Assembly: GCA_942492885.1 (NCBI GenBank)
Contig: OW818651.1
Span: 962,959 to 1,026,958, forward strand
DNA: 64,000 nt
Direction of reading: 5' to 3'
Source: an uncultured Eubacteriales bacterium
GTDB lineage: Bacteria > Bacillota > Clostridia > Christensenellales > CAG-138
Position numbers and translations under genes: made by a program. Each line of letters begins with the position of its first letter. Within the stretch, counting starts at the first letter, position 1. Below are positions 9,189 to 18,526 of this stretch, piece by piece. The notes beneath the pieces were generated by a model. It saw only the letters and a list, made by a program, of their open reading frames with translations, was not told the origin of the DNA and did no database searches.

Positions 9189-10247
9189 ATGCAAACCAAA
9201 GATTATTCCATCACGCTGGATATGATGCGCACGCTCCCGTTTCGCCCGTTTGAGGTCGTGGAGGGCGACACGGGAAACATTCTGCACGTCACCCTGCTCA
9301 ACAACGGGGACGCTATGGATCTTTCCGGCTGCGCGATTCATGTCGCGTTCGCGTCCAGCAGCGGCTTTGCCATGCAGGACGAGACCAGCGGCATTGAGAA
9401 AACCGCAGGAACGGGCACGTTTGACATCGCGCTGCTGCCAACCGCCTATGGTGCGGGCAACGTCAGCGCGGATGTACAGGTCTACAGCGGAGAGAACGGC
9501 GAGACGCTGGTGACCAGCACGCGCTTTGACTTTCGCTGCCGCAAATCGCTCATCAGCGGCGAGATCATTCGCGCAAACACAGCCTATCCGCCGCTGATCG
9601 AGGCGGCACGGGTCGCAAACGAAGCGGCTGCTGCCGCGCTTGCTTCGGCGGAACGCATCGACACCGACATCGGGGAACTCAACGTGCAGGCGGACTGGAA
9701 CGAGACGGATACAGCGCAGGATGCGTATATCCGCAACAAACCCGCCATTCCGTCCACCCCCGCAGCCGTCGGCGCGGCTCCCGCAAGCCACGCTGCGCAG
9801 CATCAGCAGGGAGGTAGCGACCCCGTGACGCCGATCCCCCATGCGGCAAGGCACGCAACCGGCGGTGCAGACGCGCTCTCCCCTGCGGACATCGGCGCGG
9901 CAAGCCTCGTGAACGGTATCATCGACGCCGAGCAGAGCGCGGTTGCGATCCACTCTCAAACCGCAAGCTACACGGCGACCGCCGCGGACAACGGAAAAGA
10001 CATTTGGATCACCAGCGCATCCGCAGCGACGCTGACGATTCCGGCGCAGGCCAACGCTGTCTTTCCTGAGAAGACGTTCTTTTTTGTCACCCGCGCGGGA
10101 AGCGGCGCGCTCACACTCGCGGTTGAAGCGGGCGTCACGCTCCATTCTGCTGGCAACAGACTGCAACTTGCGGAGCAGTTTGCCACGGTGCTCCTGAGAA
10201 AGCTTGCGGATAACGTCTGGCTCGCTACAGGGAGCTTATCCGCATGA
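9189..10247 (+). CDS. phage tail-fibre / baseplate-upper-protein-like protein
   Basis: ORF 9189..10247 with the strong RBS aaaggaggtaagaa. The N-terminus (YSITLDMMRTLPFRPFEVVEGDTGNILHVTLLNNGDAMDLSG) resembles BppU-type N domains. NVQADWNETDTAQDAYIRNKPA is a motif I recognise from many phage tail fibres. Confidence 0.75.
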   Translation: MQTKDYSITLDMMRTLPFRPFEVVEGDTGNILHVTLLNNGDAMDLSGCAIHVAFASSSGFAMQDETSGIEKTAGTGTFDIALLPTAYGAGNVSADVQVYSGENGETLVTSTRFDFRCRKSLISGEIIRANTAYPPLIEAARVANEAAAAALASAERIDTDIGELNVQADWNETDTAQDAYIRNKPAIPSTPAAVGAAPASHAAQHQQGGSDPVTPIPHAARHATGGADALSPADIGAASLVNGIIDAEQSAVAIHSQTASYTATAADNGKDIWITSASAATLTIPAQANAVFPEKTFFFVTRAGSGALTLAVEAGVTLHSAGNRLQLAEQFATVLLRKLADNVWLATGSLSA

Positions 10248-10996
10248 GGCAGCTGATGATGGGCTGCGTTGCGGCGAGCGCGGGTAGCTTTGAGCTCACA
10301 GACTACACCTACACCGGCTCATGCCTTTGGGTGCAGGATACCGTGTCGAATTGGCGACTGAAATTTTTCACGAGCGGTATCTTTACGCCAAAAAAGAGCG
10401 TCTCAATCGACGCTTTCCTACTCGGTGGTGGCGGAGGAGGCGGCGCTTACGCAAACAGCTCAAGACTAGGTGGCGGTGGAGGCGGCGGATATACCGGAAC
10501 AGTCAGAAGTATCACACTAACCCCGGGAATCGCATACTCGATTACGATTGGAGCCGGCGGCGGGCCAGGCGGCGGAGGCGGCACGACTTCGGCATTCGAA
10601 AACAGCAGAACGGGCGGCTTGGGCGGTGGGTATGCATCCATCACGGCACCGGGCGGTCAGGGCGGCTCAGGCGGTGGCCAGGGCAGCCAAGGGGCTGAAT
10701 CGGGCGGCTCGGATGGCTCGAACGGTGGCGGCACTTTCGGCGGAGCAGGCCAGGGTTCGACCACGCGTGAATTCGGCGAAGCTGGCGGCGATCTCTATGC
10801 TGCCGGCGGCGGCGGTGGTTCTTGGGATTTCATGGGCGGTCTGGGCGGTGCAGGCGGCGGTGGACGCGGCGACGGCAATGCCGGCGCTCCAACGGCGGGT
10901 GCGGCGAATACCGGCAGCGGTGGCGGCGGTCGCGCAGATATTCAGGCAGCATCCGGCGGCTCCGGCATATTGATCATCCGCAACAAACGAGGATAA
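10244..10996 (+). CDS. glycine-rich phage-associated protein
   Basis: ORF 10244..10996; its start overlaps the upstream stop (ATGA). Contains runs such as LLGGGGGGGAY and LGGGGGGGYTG, with a non-Gly N-terminal domain and a C-terminal SGGSGILIIRNKRG. Confidence 0.65.
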   Translation: MRQLMMGCVAASAGSFELTDYTYTGSCLWVQDTVSNWRLKFFTSGIFTPKKSVSIDAFLLGGGGGGGAYANSSRLGGGGGGGYTGTVRSITLTPGIAYSITIGAGGGPGGGGGTTSAFENSRTGGLGGGYASITAPGGQGGSGGGQGSQGAESGGSDGSNGGGTFGGAGQGSTTREFGEAGGDLYAAGGGGGSWDFMGGLGGAGGGGRGDGNAGAPTAGAANTGSGGGGRADIQAASGGSGILIIRNKRG

Positions 10997-11009
10997 GGAG
11001 GAAACAATC

Positions 11010-11264
11010 ATGGATGAACCGATGAACTATGCTCTCATTGACGAGAACGGAACGGTAGATAACATCATATGGCTTTGCAGCGCAAACCGAAGCGATTTTT
11101 CAAACGCAATCTGCGTGGCAAATCGTCCGGTGGCGATTGGGGACGTGTATGCCGATGGCGTATTCATGCGCGACGGCGCGGTCGTGCTGACCTATCCGGA
11201 GCAGATTGCATTGCTTGCGGCCCGGATTGCAGAGCTAGAAGCACAGCAAAGCGCTGGTGCTTGA
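11010..11264 (+). CDS. small hypothetical protein, last gene of the tail-fibre-like cassette
   Basis: ORF 11010..11264 preceded by ataaggaggaaacaatc. No family recognised. Confidence 0.6.
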   Translation: MDEPMNYALIDENGTVDNIIWLCSANRSDFSNAICVANRPVAIGDVYADGVFMRDGAVVLTYPEQIALLAARIAELEAQQSAGA

Positions 11265-11314
11265 GGTTCAGCGCTTCTAAAACGCACAAGAATCCGCTAA
11301 ACGAAATTACTGGT

Positions 11315-11353
11315 AAACACAAAAGAAGAGGACGGCGGATATCCGCCGTCCTC
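11315..11353 (-). terminator. intrinsic terminator of the permease gene (may also stop the plus-strand cassette)
   Basis: Perfect 13-bp stem gaggacggcggat/atccgccgtcctc. On the minus strand it is followed by ttcttttgtgttt. Confidence 0.6.
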
Positions 11354-11399
11354 GCTCTAACGAGAAATGGAGTTGGGTTGGAATCGAACGAGAGAATGC

Positions 11400-12719
11400 T
11401 TATGCTTCCTCGTTGAAGACGTAGTCCTTGCCCGGCAGGATGGCATTGACGATAACGCCGACGATTGCCGCTACAGCGAGACCGCCCAGGGTCAGAGTAC
11501 CGATCTTGAGCGGATATGCGTTGAAGCCGAGGCCGCAGACGAGGATGAGCGCCATCACGATGATGTTGCGCATGTTCTTGAAGTCCACTTTGTTTTCAAC
11601 AATCGTGCGAATACCGGTTGCGGAGATCATGCCGTAGAGAACGATTGAGACGCCGCCGATGATTGAGAACGGGATTGTATTAATGAACGCATCAAGAACG
11701 CTGATAAACGAGAGCAGGATCGCGAAGACTGCCGCAATGAACATGACTTTCGGGTCATACACCTTCGTCAGCGCGACGACACCGGTGTTCTCCGAATAGG
11801 TTGTGTTCGCGGGGCCGCCAAACGCGCCGGCCAGAGAGGTTCCGATACCGTCGCCAAGCAGCGTACGGGTCAGGCCCGGGTCAGCGATGAAGTTCTTGCC
11901 GCAGGTTGCGCCGATGGCACAGATATCGCCAATGTGCTCGACCATAGCAGCAATCGCGACCACCATGAAGGTGATGATGGCGGGCCAGGCAATCGCCGGA
12001 TCAAACGCCTGCAGACCAAATACGAAGCGCAGCGGCGAGTAATCCATAAACGGCGGAACGTTGAAGATAGCTACATCTTTGAATGCGGAGAAGTCCACCC
12101 ACTGCAACCCAAACAGTGCGTTGCCGGAGAGCAGGGATACGATCACGCCAATGATATAAGCACCAAAGATACCGCAGAGAATCGGGATAATCTTGAGCAT
12201 CCCCTTGCCGAAAAGATTGGCGCAAATGATGATCACAAGCGCAATCAGTGCCAGTATCCAGTTGTTTTGAGCCCACATAATACCGACGGGCGCTAGGATC
12301 AGACCGATGAGAACGATGATCGGTCCCGTGACAACCGGCGGGAAGAGTCTCATGACCTTCTTCGGCCCAAATATGCCAAAGAGGATCGCGAGCACGACAT
12401 AGCCCAAGCCAGCAAACACGACGCCGAGTGTGGCGTACGGCAGCAGCGCCATGTCGCCATTGGCAACAGACGCGAATGCGCCGAGGAATGCAAACGATGA
12501 ACCGAGGAATACCGGAACTTTTTTCTTGGTGATGAAGAAGAACCAGAGCGTTGCAATACCGGCGCAGAAGAGCGTGACAGAGACGGACAAACCGGTGAGC
12601 AAGGGAACAAGAACCGTAGCTCCAAACATTGCAAATACGTGCTGGAGGCCCAGGACGAGCATTTTGCCCGTGCCAAGCTCTTTAAAGCCATCGTAAATGC
12701 CTTCGACTTTCTTTTCCAT
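11400..12719 (-). CDS. NCS2 family nucleobase permease (uracil/xanthine permease-like)
   Basis: ORF 11400..12980; start set at ATG 12719 (MEKKVEGIYDG), preceded by aggaggtaattc. Contains the LGLQHVFAMFGATVLVP and FLGSSFAF blocks of the UraA/PyrP family. Confidence 0.9.
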   Translation of the reverse strand: MEKKVEGIYDGFKELGTGKMLVLGLQHVFAMFGATVLVPLLTGLSVSVTLFCAGIATLWFFFITKKKVPVFLGSSFAFLGAFASVANGDMALLPYATLGVVFAGLGYVVLAILFGIFGPKKVMRLFPPVVTGPIIVLIGLILAPVGIMWAQNNWILALIALVIIICANLFGKGMLKIIPILCGIFGAYIIGVIVSLLSGNALFGLQWVDFSAFKDVAIFNVPPFMDYSPLRFVFGLQAFDPAIAWPAIITFMVVAIAAMVEHIGDICAIGATCGKNFIADPGLTRTLLGDGIGTSLAGAFGGPANTTYSENTGVVALTKVYDPKVMFIAAVFAILLSFISVLDAFINTIPFSIIGGVSIVLYGMISATGIRTIVENKVDFKNMRNIIVMALILVCGLGFNAYPLKIGTLTLGGLAVAAIVGVIVNAILPGKDYVFNEEA

Positions 12720-13139
12720 TGAATTACCTCCTAATGTTTTTGGATAATTAGGTCTCCATTTCTCTTTATTATCAAGAGCTTCTGCTCTGGATAACCATAA
12801 CGGGGAAACGAGAATTCGCTGGGTTGTATCGATGGTAGTATGTGACTGAAAGAGACTTGATAATACCATTCTTGCCGAAATAAACAGATTAAGCAAGATT
12901 TTTTTGTGCGGATATCGCTCAAACCGAGTGTTTACTGAAGTCCACCGCATTTTAACAGTATTAACGAGTATATCCGCCATTTAACAAACACAGTATAGTC
13001 TAACTGTTGCGCAAAACGAGTATCACAACATGTTCATCGCTCGCTTCTGGTTATCTTACCGTAAACGGATGCTGTGCACAAGTTATTTTTGATTGCAGTT
13101 TACGATTCGTGATAGCTCAAAACGCAGATTTGCGCGCGT

Positions 13140-13685
13140 TTAGACGATTGCGATTCGCACCGCGCAGGAGCGGGAAACGATTGCAGCAAGCGTAACGTTG
13201 CGAATGTGGGACTGCTTATGCAACATGTAATGAAACTGATCCAGATCTTTTTGCGAGATGAGCTGAGAAGGGTCCTGTATGATAGATAGATAAGCATTGA
13301 GGGAATCGAATACTTGATTTGTGATTGCGTTGTATTTGTCTTTGGCGAAGCTCCCGTTGCTGGCCTGCGCCTGAATGTCGTCCCGAAGAAAATAGAGTTC
13401 CCTGACGCTAGCGAGCACCGTTTCGTCGATCAGTTTTTGCAGCACGTTTCGAATTGCTTCGGGTTGTTCCTGCAAAGGAAGGATGCGAACGAGGCTACCG
13501 TCAAGCGATTCGCCAAGCAAGCGTTCTTTTGTGCCGTGGTTTTCCAGTAAACGATCCGCAAGTTTGCAGTATTCCTCCGCAAACCGGTCACAGGAAGGAT
13601 ACATCTTTTTCTTCTTGAGGTAGGATACGCCATAGAAAGCGGCAGCTACGACTGCGACGACCAGCATTGCGAAGTATTTCTCCAT
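13140..13685 (-). CDS. hypothetical membrane-anchored protein
   Basis: ORF 13140..13685 with one N-terminal TM helix (FAMLVVAVVAAAFYGVSYL). AT-richer than its neighbours. No family recognised. Confidence 0.5.
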   Translation of the reverse strand: MEKYFAMLVVAVVAAAFYGVSYLKKKKMYPSCDRFAEEYCKLADRLLENHGTKERLLGESLDGSLVRILPLQEQPEAIRNVLQKLIDETVLASVRELYFLRDDIQAQASNGSFAKDKYNAITNQVFDSLNAYLSIIQDPSQLISQKDLDQFHYMLHKQSHIRNVTLAAIVSRSCAVRIAIV

Positions 13686-13763
13686 GCATTCGCCTCACAT
13701 TCATTGAGATTCAAGCGCAGCCGGAGAGGACTCCCGCTCCGGCCGCGCAATTGTTATAGCAAA

Positions 13764-14564
13764 TTATACCTCATCGAAGCCGTCAAATGCAACGACGCGG
13801 GAAATGCAGCTTTCGCCGTCTTTCAGCTTCCACGGGAAGATGCCGATGACGCAGCGCTTGTTGGAGAGTTTCTCAATCTCGCCGCCGAGGCATTCCGCAT
13901 GGATCGCCTCATAGGGCTGACAGAAAAGCTCAATATGCATCGCCTGATAGTGATCCGGCCACGGATAGACTTCTTCGAGCGTCTTGCCGTACTTCTTTTG
14001 GAAGATGGCGTCGCACTTCTTGGCTTCCATGGGTTCCCACTCGCGAATCTTCGTGTTCATCGGGTGATCCGCGCTGCCGCAGTCCACGCCGATCCAGCTG
14101 AGCTTCTTATCGCGCACCCACTGAATGAAGTCCAGCGACGGGCCGGGATGGCGCAGCATATAGCGGCGCTCATCGGCCTTCGGGTTATCCCAGCCGTAGA
14201 TGTGGTAGCCGGTGTTGATGATCAGCACGTCGCCTTCCTTGACGGTCACGCGCTTTTCGATGTCCTGCGGTGTATAGATGCCGAAATCCTCCGCCTGATC
14301 GCTCAGGTCGACCACCACGCCGGGACGGCAGAGACGGGTCAGCTCGAGGGACGCGATGTCGCGCCCGGCGGTGTCAAAATGCAGCGGGCCGTCGAGGTGG
14401 GTGCCGACGTGGTTGCTGTGCGTCAGCAGCTGTCCGTTTGCGCCGTTGGGTGTGAGGCGCTTGAAGAATTTCATCGTCAGCGGCTCATACGTCGGCCAGG
14501 CGGGCGTGTTGATGCCAATCGGAATCGTGAGGTCATACATCTTGATGTCAGACCATTTACTCAT
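13764..14564 (-). CDS. cyclase-family metal-dependent hydrolase (kynurenine formamidase-like)
   Basis: ORF 13764..14564. HVGTHLDGPLHF matches the HxGTHxDxPxH motif of the putative cyclase family. Confidence 0.88.
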   Translation of the reverse strand: MSKWSDIKMYDLTIPIGINTPAWPTYEPLTMKFFKRLTPNGANGQLLTHSNHVGTHLDGPLHFDTAGRDIASLELTRLCRPGVVVDLSDQAEDFGIYTPQDIEKRVTVKEGDVLIINTGYHIYGWDNPKADERRYMLRHPGPSLDFIQWVRDKKLSWIGVDCGSADHPMNTKIREWEPMEAKKCDAIFQKKYGKTLEEVYPWPDHYQAMHIELFCQPYEAIHAECLGGEIEKLSNKRCVIGIFPWKLKDGESCISRVVAFDGFDEV

Positions 14565-14635
14565 GTGTTTTGCCTCCTAAAAATTATTGATGAAGTCGTT
14601 ATAGTATGCTCCCTTGCGGGTGCGAGTTTCTGCTG

Positions 14636-16060
14636 TTATGCCCAGGCCTCGGCGCAAGCCGCAAGCGCCTGCTTGAAGCAATCGTCCGGCGGATACACGA
14701 TGCCCGCGCCGACCTGCCCCACGCCGGGGTTTTTATGCGCAATGCCCGTGTTAATCACGGGGCGGATGCCGGTTTCGATGACTTTGCGCAGGTCGATACC
14801 CGTCGGGCTTCCGCGGAAATCCAGCGCAGGAATTTTATACGACCTGCCCTCGCCCACCGTGATTTCATACATCCGCGTGGAATAGTTGATCGAGTCGCTG
14901 ACCTGTCCGCCAACGAACTGCACGATTGCGGGCGCCGCCGCCATGCAGAATCCGCCGATGCCGGCAGTCTCCGTGATGCAGCTGTCCCCCATGTCGCGCG
15001 CGGCGTCCGCCTCGCTATAGCCGGGGAAATACAAGCCCTTGACCATCTCCGCTTCCGCCGCAAACCAGCGGTTTTTGCCGAGCCCCGCGATGCGGATGCC
15101 GAAGTCGGTGCCGTTGCGGCTCATGGTCGCGACCACCGTGCAATACGGAATATCGAAGATCGGGTCGAGCGTGCATTTCATCGCGGGCATGGAGATATTC
15201 AGAAACGTGTGGTTGTTGCCGTTGATGAAGTTAAATACCGCGACCTTCTCGGCAAGCGATCTGTCGCAATTCATGATCGCGGGCACCAGCTCTCTAAGCA
15301 GCAGCGAAGTTCCCGCTTCGTTGCGGTTGTGTCCCTCGTCGCCCATCTGCAGGAGCTTGCTGACCAACACTTTGACGTCGATTTCGCCCTTTATCGCCAT
15401 CGCTTCCTTGAGCACGGGATAGATCTCCCGTTCCATCCAGCGAAGGCGCGTGAGCACTTCGTTATCATATGCACCAAAGCGCAATACTTTTCCCAAGCCT
15501 TCGTTGATTGTGCAATACGCGCGGTTGCCGAAGGTTTTGTTTTCGAGAATCCAGACCGGCATGCTTGCGGTCACGACGCCCGCCATGGGGCCAACCGCGT
15601 CGTGCATGTGGCACGGGTCAAACGTGATCTCGCCGCTTGCGGCGAGGGCTTCTGCTTCTTTTGCGTCGCGTGCTAAGCCTTCGTAGATCAGCCCGCCCAT
15701 GACCGCGCCGCGCTGCGGGCCACTCATCCGCGCCCACGTGACCGGAGGTCCCGCGTGCAGAATCGTCTTCTTCGTCATGCCGGGGATGACTTCCCCCGCG
15801 ATGCCGAGGCCCATGATCGTCGGCTGCGCGGCGAGGATACGCTCCAGCGCCTCCTTGTTTGCCGCGTCGATCTTTGCCGCAAGCTGCGGTTGTTTGAGTG
15901 TTCTGAGGTTTGCGGATGCGACCTTATCGCCGCCCGCGACGGGCTTCCAGTCCACGTGCACAGCGTCTACCTTCTGGCTCGCGAGATCGTCATAAAACGA
16001 CTCGATGCCGAAGTTCACCACGTGCAGCTTCTGTTCAAATAATTCATTCAGTTTCGACAT
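14636..16060 (-). CDS. DUF1116 protein (YlbE/AllG-like)
   Basis: ORF 14636..16153; start set at ATG 16060 (MSKLNELFEQK), 1 nt after the FdrA stop. Long blocks match E. coli YlbE as I recall it: LHAGPP, CHMHDAVGPMAGV, GNRAYCTINEGLGKVLRFGAYDNEVLTRLRWM, NTGIAHK. Confidence 0.88.
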   Translation of the reverse strand: MSKLNELFEQKLHVVNFGIESFYDDLASQKVDAVHVDWKPVAGGDKVASANLRTLKQPQLAAKIDAANKEALERILAAQPTIMGLGIAGEVIPGMTKKTILHAGPPVTWARMSGPQRGAVMGGLIYEGLARDAKEAEALAASGEITFDPCHMHDAVGPMAGVVTASMPVWILENKTFGNRAYCTINEGLGKVLRFGAYDNEVLTRLRWMEREIYPVLKEAMAIKGEIDVKVLVSKLLQMGDEGHNRNEAGTSLLLRELVPAIMNCDRSLAEKVAVFNFINGNNHTFLNISMPAMKCTLDPIFDIPYCTVVATMSRNGTDFGIRIAGLGKNRWFAAEAEMVKGLYFPGYSEADAARDMGDSCITETAGIGGFCMAAAPAIVQFVGGQVSDSINYSTRMYEITVGEGRSYKIPALDFRGSPTGIDLRKVIETGIRPVINTGIAHKNPGVGQVGAGIVYPPDDCFKQALAACAEAWA

Positions 16061-16061
16061 G

Positions 16062-17633
16062 TTATCCCTCCTGACGCAGGTTCGCGAGGATACGGGAGAC
16101 AAAGCGTGTCGCCTGCGCGTTGCTGGGCAGCACGACCGCGCCCGCGTCCGCAAGCTGCTGCTGCGTGCGGTTCAGGCTCTGGGGGTCTCCCTCCGTGCCG
16201 CAGACCGCGCATACGCAGCAAAGATTTCTGCCCGCGCGCGCCGCTTCGTCCTTTGCAGTCTTGATCGCTTCGGCGAGATCCTCCGCCGGGTTCGGGTGCG
16301 AACCGAATCCGATCACGCAGTCCGCCATGATCACCGCGCAGGATGGATCTTTTGCGTCCGTGATCACGCGCTCGGCACGCAAACTCGGGTCGATCATCGG
16401 GTGCGGACGACCGACGGTGAACGCGTCGTCCCCGAAATCGAGGAACGTGTGCTCGCGGCTCTCTCCGCCCTTCGGGTCTTCCAGCGCATCCTCCGCGTTG
16501 AGCGGAATGTTGCTGTAGATGTGCCCGAGCTCGGAGATCATGAGCTTCATGGCTTCGTCGCAGAGCGTGCCGCCGGTGTAGAACCCGCGCACGTATTTCT
16601 GCCATTTGGCAAACTTTGTTGCGATCTCTTTTGCCATCGCTTCCGCTTTGGCTTCGCCCATATCAAATCCGGCGTAGTCCTTCGGTGTTTCTCCGCGGCT
16701 CAATGCAACGGCTTTGTGCGCCGCATCCTCGAGGGAGACGGCGGCGGTCAGGCCGAACGATTCAATCTCTTTGCGGTCTCCACCGATGAAGCAGACGACC
16801 ACGGGCTTGCCCGTCTTTGCCGCAAGGGCGAGCATCTCACTCGCGATCTCTTTGGCCGGGGGCTTGCTGATGAGCGTAATGACTTTCGTCTTGGGGTCAT
16901 TCTTGAGTGCGTCGAGGCCGAGCTTCATCATCAGCCCGCCGATGTCCTTCTTGAGGTCGCGTCCGCCGGTGCCGATCACCTGGCTCACGCCGGAACCCAG
17001 CTGGTCGATGATGCTCGAAACTTCCTGCGTGCCCGTGCCGCTCGCGGCGACGATGCCGATATCCCCGCTCTTGACCACGTTTGCAAACGCGAGCGGCACA
17101 TGGTTGATGATCGCGGTGCCGCAGTCCGGTCCCATCATCAGCAGCTCATGTTCATAAGCGTAGGTCTTGAGCGCTTTTTCCTCTTCTATGGTCACGTTGT
17201 CCGAAAACAGCATGACGTTGATTCCATTGTCGAGGCAGCTCTGAGCGACGTCCGCCGCGTGCCTGCCCGGAATGGAGATGATTGCCATATTCAGCGCGGG
17301 ATCGATCTTAAGCGCGCCGTCGAGCGTCGGCGGGGCGTAGAGTGCGCCTTTGCTCTCGGCTTTCTTGTTGAGCAGTTCTTCCGTCTTCTTGAGCACGGCG
17401 GCAAAGGCCGCTTCCCCGTCGCACGAAACCGCTACAAAAAAATCGTTGGCCAAAACCGCGCTGGCGAGCTCCGGCGTTGCAACGCCGATGTTCTGTGCGA
17501 TCTCCTTATTCAGATCCGACCCCATGCCGACGAGCGCTTCGCTCACGCCTTCGAGCTTTTTGAGCTCTTTGGAGATAAGCATCAGGGTGACGGAATCATA
17601 GTATGCGTTTTTCTTGATTTCAAGTTTGATCAT
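16062..17633 (-). CDS. FdrA family acyl-CoA synthetase-like protein (AllF-like)
   Basis: ORF 16062..17633. The N-terminus MIKLEIKKNAYYDSVTLMLISKELK parallels E. coli FdrA, and succinyl-CoA-synthetase-alpha-like CoA-binding/ligase blocks follow. Confidence 0.9.
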   Translation of the reverse strand: MIKLEIKKNAYYDSVTLMLISKELKKLEGVSEALVGMGSDLNKEIAQNIGVATPELASAVLANDFFVAVSCDGEAAFAAVLKKTEELLNKKAESKGALYAPPTLDGALKIDPALNMAIISIPGRHAADVAQSCLDNGINVMLFSDNVTIEEEKALKTYAYEHELLMMGPDCGTAIINHVPLAFANVVKSGDIGIVAASGTGTQEVSSIIDQLGSGVSQVIGTGGRDLKKDIGGLMMKLGLDALKNDPKTKVITLISKPPAKEIASEMLALAAKTGKPVVVCFIGGDRKEIESFGLTAAVSLEDAAHKAVALSRGETPKDYAGFDMGEAKAEAMAKEIATKFAKWQKYVRGFYTGGTLCDEAMKLMISELGHIYSNIPLNAEDALEDPKGGESREHTFLDFGDDAFTVGRPHPMIDPSLRAERVITDAKDPSCAVIMADCVIGFGSHPNPAEDLAEAIKTAKDEAARAGRNLCCVCAVCGTEGDPQSLNRTQQQLADAGAVVLPSNAQATRFVSRILANLRQEG

Positions 17634-18520
17634 GATTTGATTCCTCCAGTGTTCTGTCGCAGCGCGAGCACAATGCCTGTGAGCATGTCCGCGCCGGATG
17701 TGGAGCCGATGGTGAGCGCGCGATCGATGGCGCGCTTTGCCGCCGCGATGTCCATAAACGTAAAGATTGACCGAAACAGGTCACAGATCGCGGTGTTGGC
17801 GAGCGCTTCCCCGCTGTGGAGCAAAAACGTCGCGCTGATTTGGTTGGTCTTTTCCGCAGCAGCCTGCGCCATGGTTTTGATGTCCGCTTTCGCGTCAAAT
17901 AGATGCTGTGCGCGAAGGCGCAGATGAAGTGTCGTAACATATCCGCTGAGCAGGTCGTCTGACGACGGAGTCAGCCCCATGCCGCAACCCGCGCAATCCG
18001 CCGCCGCCTGTGCGGCTTCTTCCCACGCGCCCAGTGAAACCGCGGAGCTGAGCCGCTCAAGTCTTGGCGCGAGAAATCGTGTATAGATGTTCCCGCTATC
18101 GCCTGTTGCGAGCGGGGCAAGGCCGATCTCCGCATCCGCGCCTTTGAGCGCTTCTAAGATTATCGTTACCAGCTTCCCTTCCGCCTCTTTGCCATATCGC
18201 AATTCGATCGCGTCAACGCTGAGGTCAGAGAGTGGCGCGCTTGCCAGATTGATCTCGAACTGCGCGTCGGGGATGATGAGCATCCCTTCTCCAAGATACG
18301 CCGCCATGCCCGTGCGGACACCCGTTAGGGCAAACGGGGCGTTCGTCCGCACAAGCACAGCATATGGCGTTAGGGCCTTTTCTTCGGCAATCAGTCCGAT
18401 CAGCCCGCGAAACCCAAACTCCAGATTCACCGCGTGATCAAACACGGAATGCACCGTGCCGGAACGCGAACGGCTCAGCGAGAGATCCAGGAGACGACGG
18501 CAAACGGCTGTTGCGTGCAT
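17630..18520 (-). CDS. DUF2877 protein (YlbF/AllH-like)
   Basis: ORF 17630..18520; its stop overlaps the FdrA start (ATGA). Size and position match the third member of the FdrA/YlbE/YlbF trio. The call rests on context plus weak recall of the family. Confidence 0.7.
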   Translation of the reverse strand: MHATAVCRRLLDLSLSRSRSGTVHSVFDHAVNLEFGFRGLIGLIAEEKALTPYAVLVRTNAPFALTGVRTGMAAYLGEGMLIIPDAQFEINLASAPLSDLSVDAIELRYGKEAEGKLVTIILEALKGADAEIGLAPLATGDSGNIYTRFLAPRLERLSSAVSLGAWEEAAQAAADCAGCGMGLTPSSDDLLSGYVTTLHLRLRAQHLFDAKADIKTMAQAAAEKTNQISATFLLHSGEALANTAICDLFRSIFTFMDIAAAKRAIDRALTIGSTSGADMLTGIVLALRQNTGGIKS

Positions 18521-18526
18521 GGGTGG

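Noticed and set aside
9108-10166. 352-aa minus-strand ORF exactly mirroring the tail-fibre gene
   Set aside because: It is Arg/Cys/Gly-rich junk composition typical of antisense frames in GC-rich DNA. It has no RBS. The plus-strand partner has a strong RBS and recognisable phage motifs.
12760-12800. PyrR-binding attenuator upstream of the permease
   Set aside because: Only UCCAGAG (7 nt) of the conserved ARUCCAGAGAGGYU loop is present. The surrounding stem differs (ccagagc-agaa-gctcttg) and no terminator/antiterminator pair is evident.
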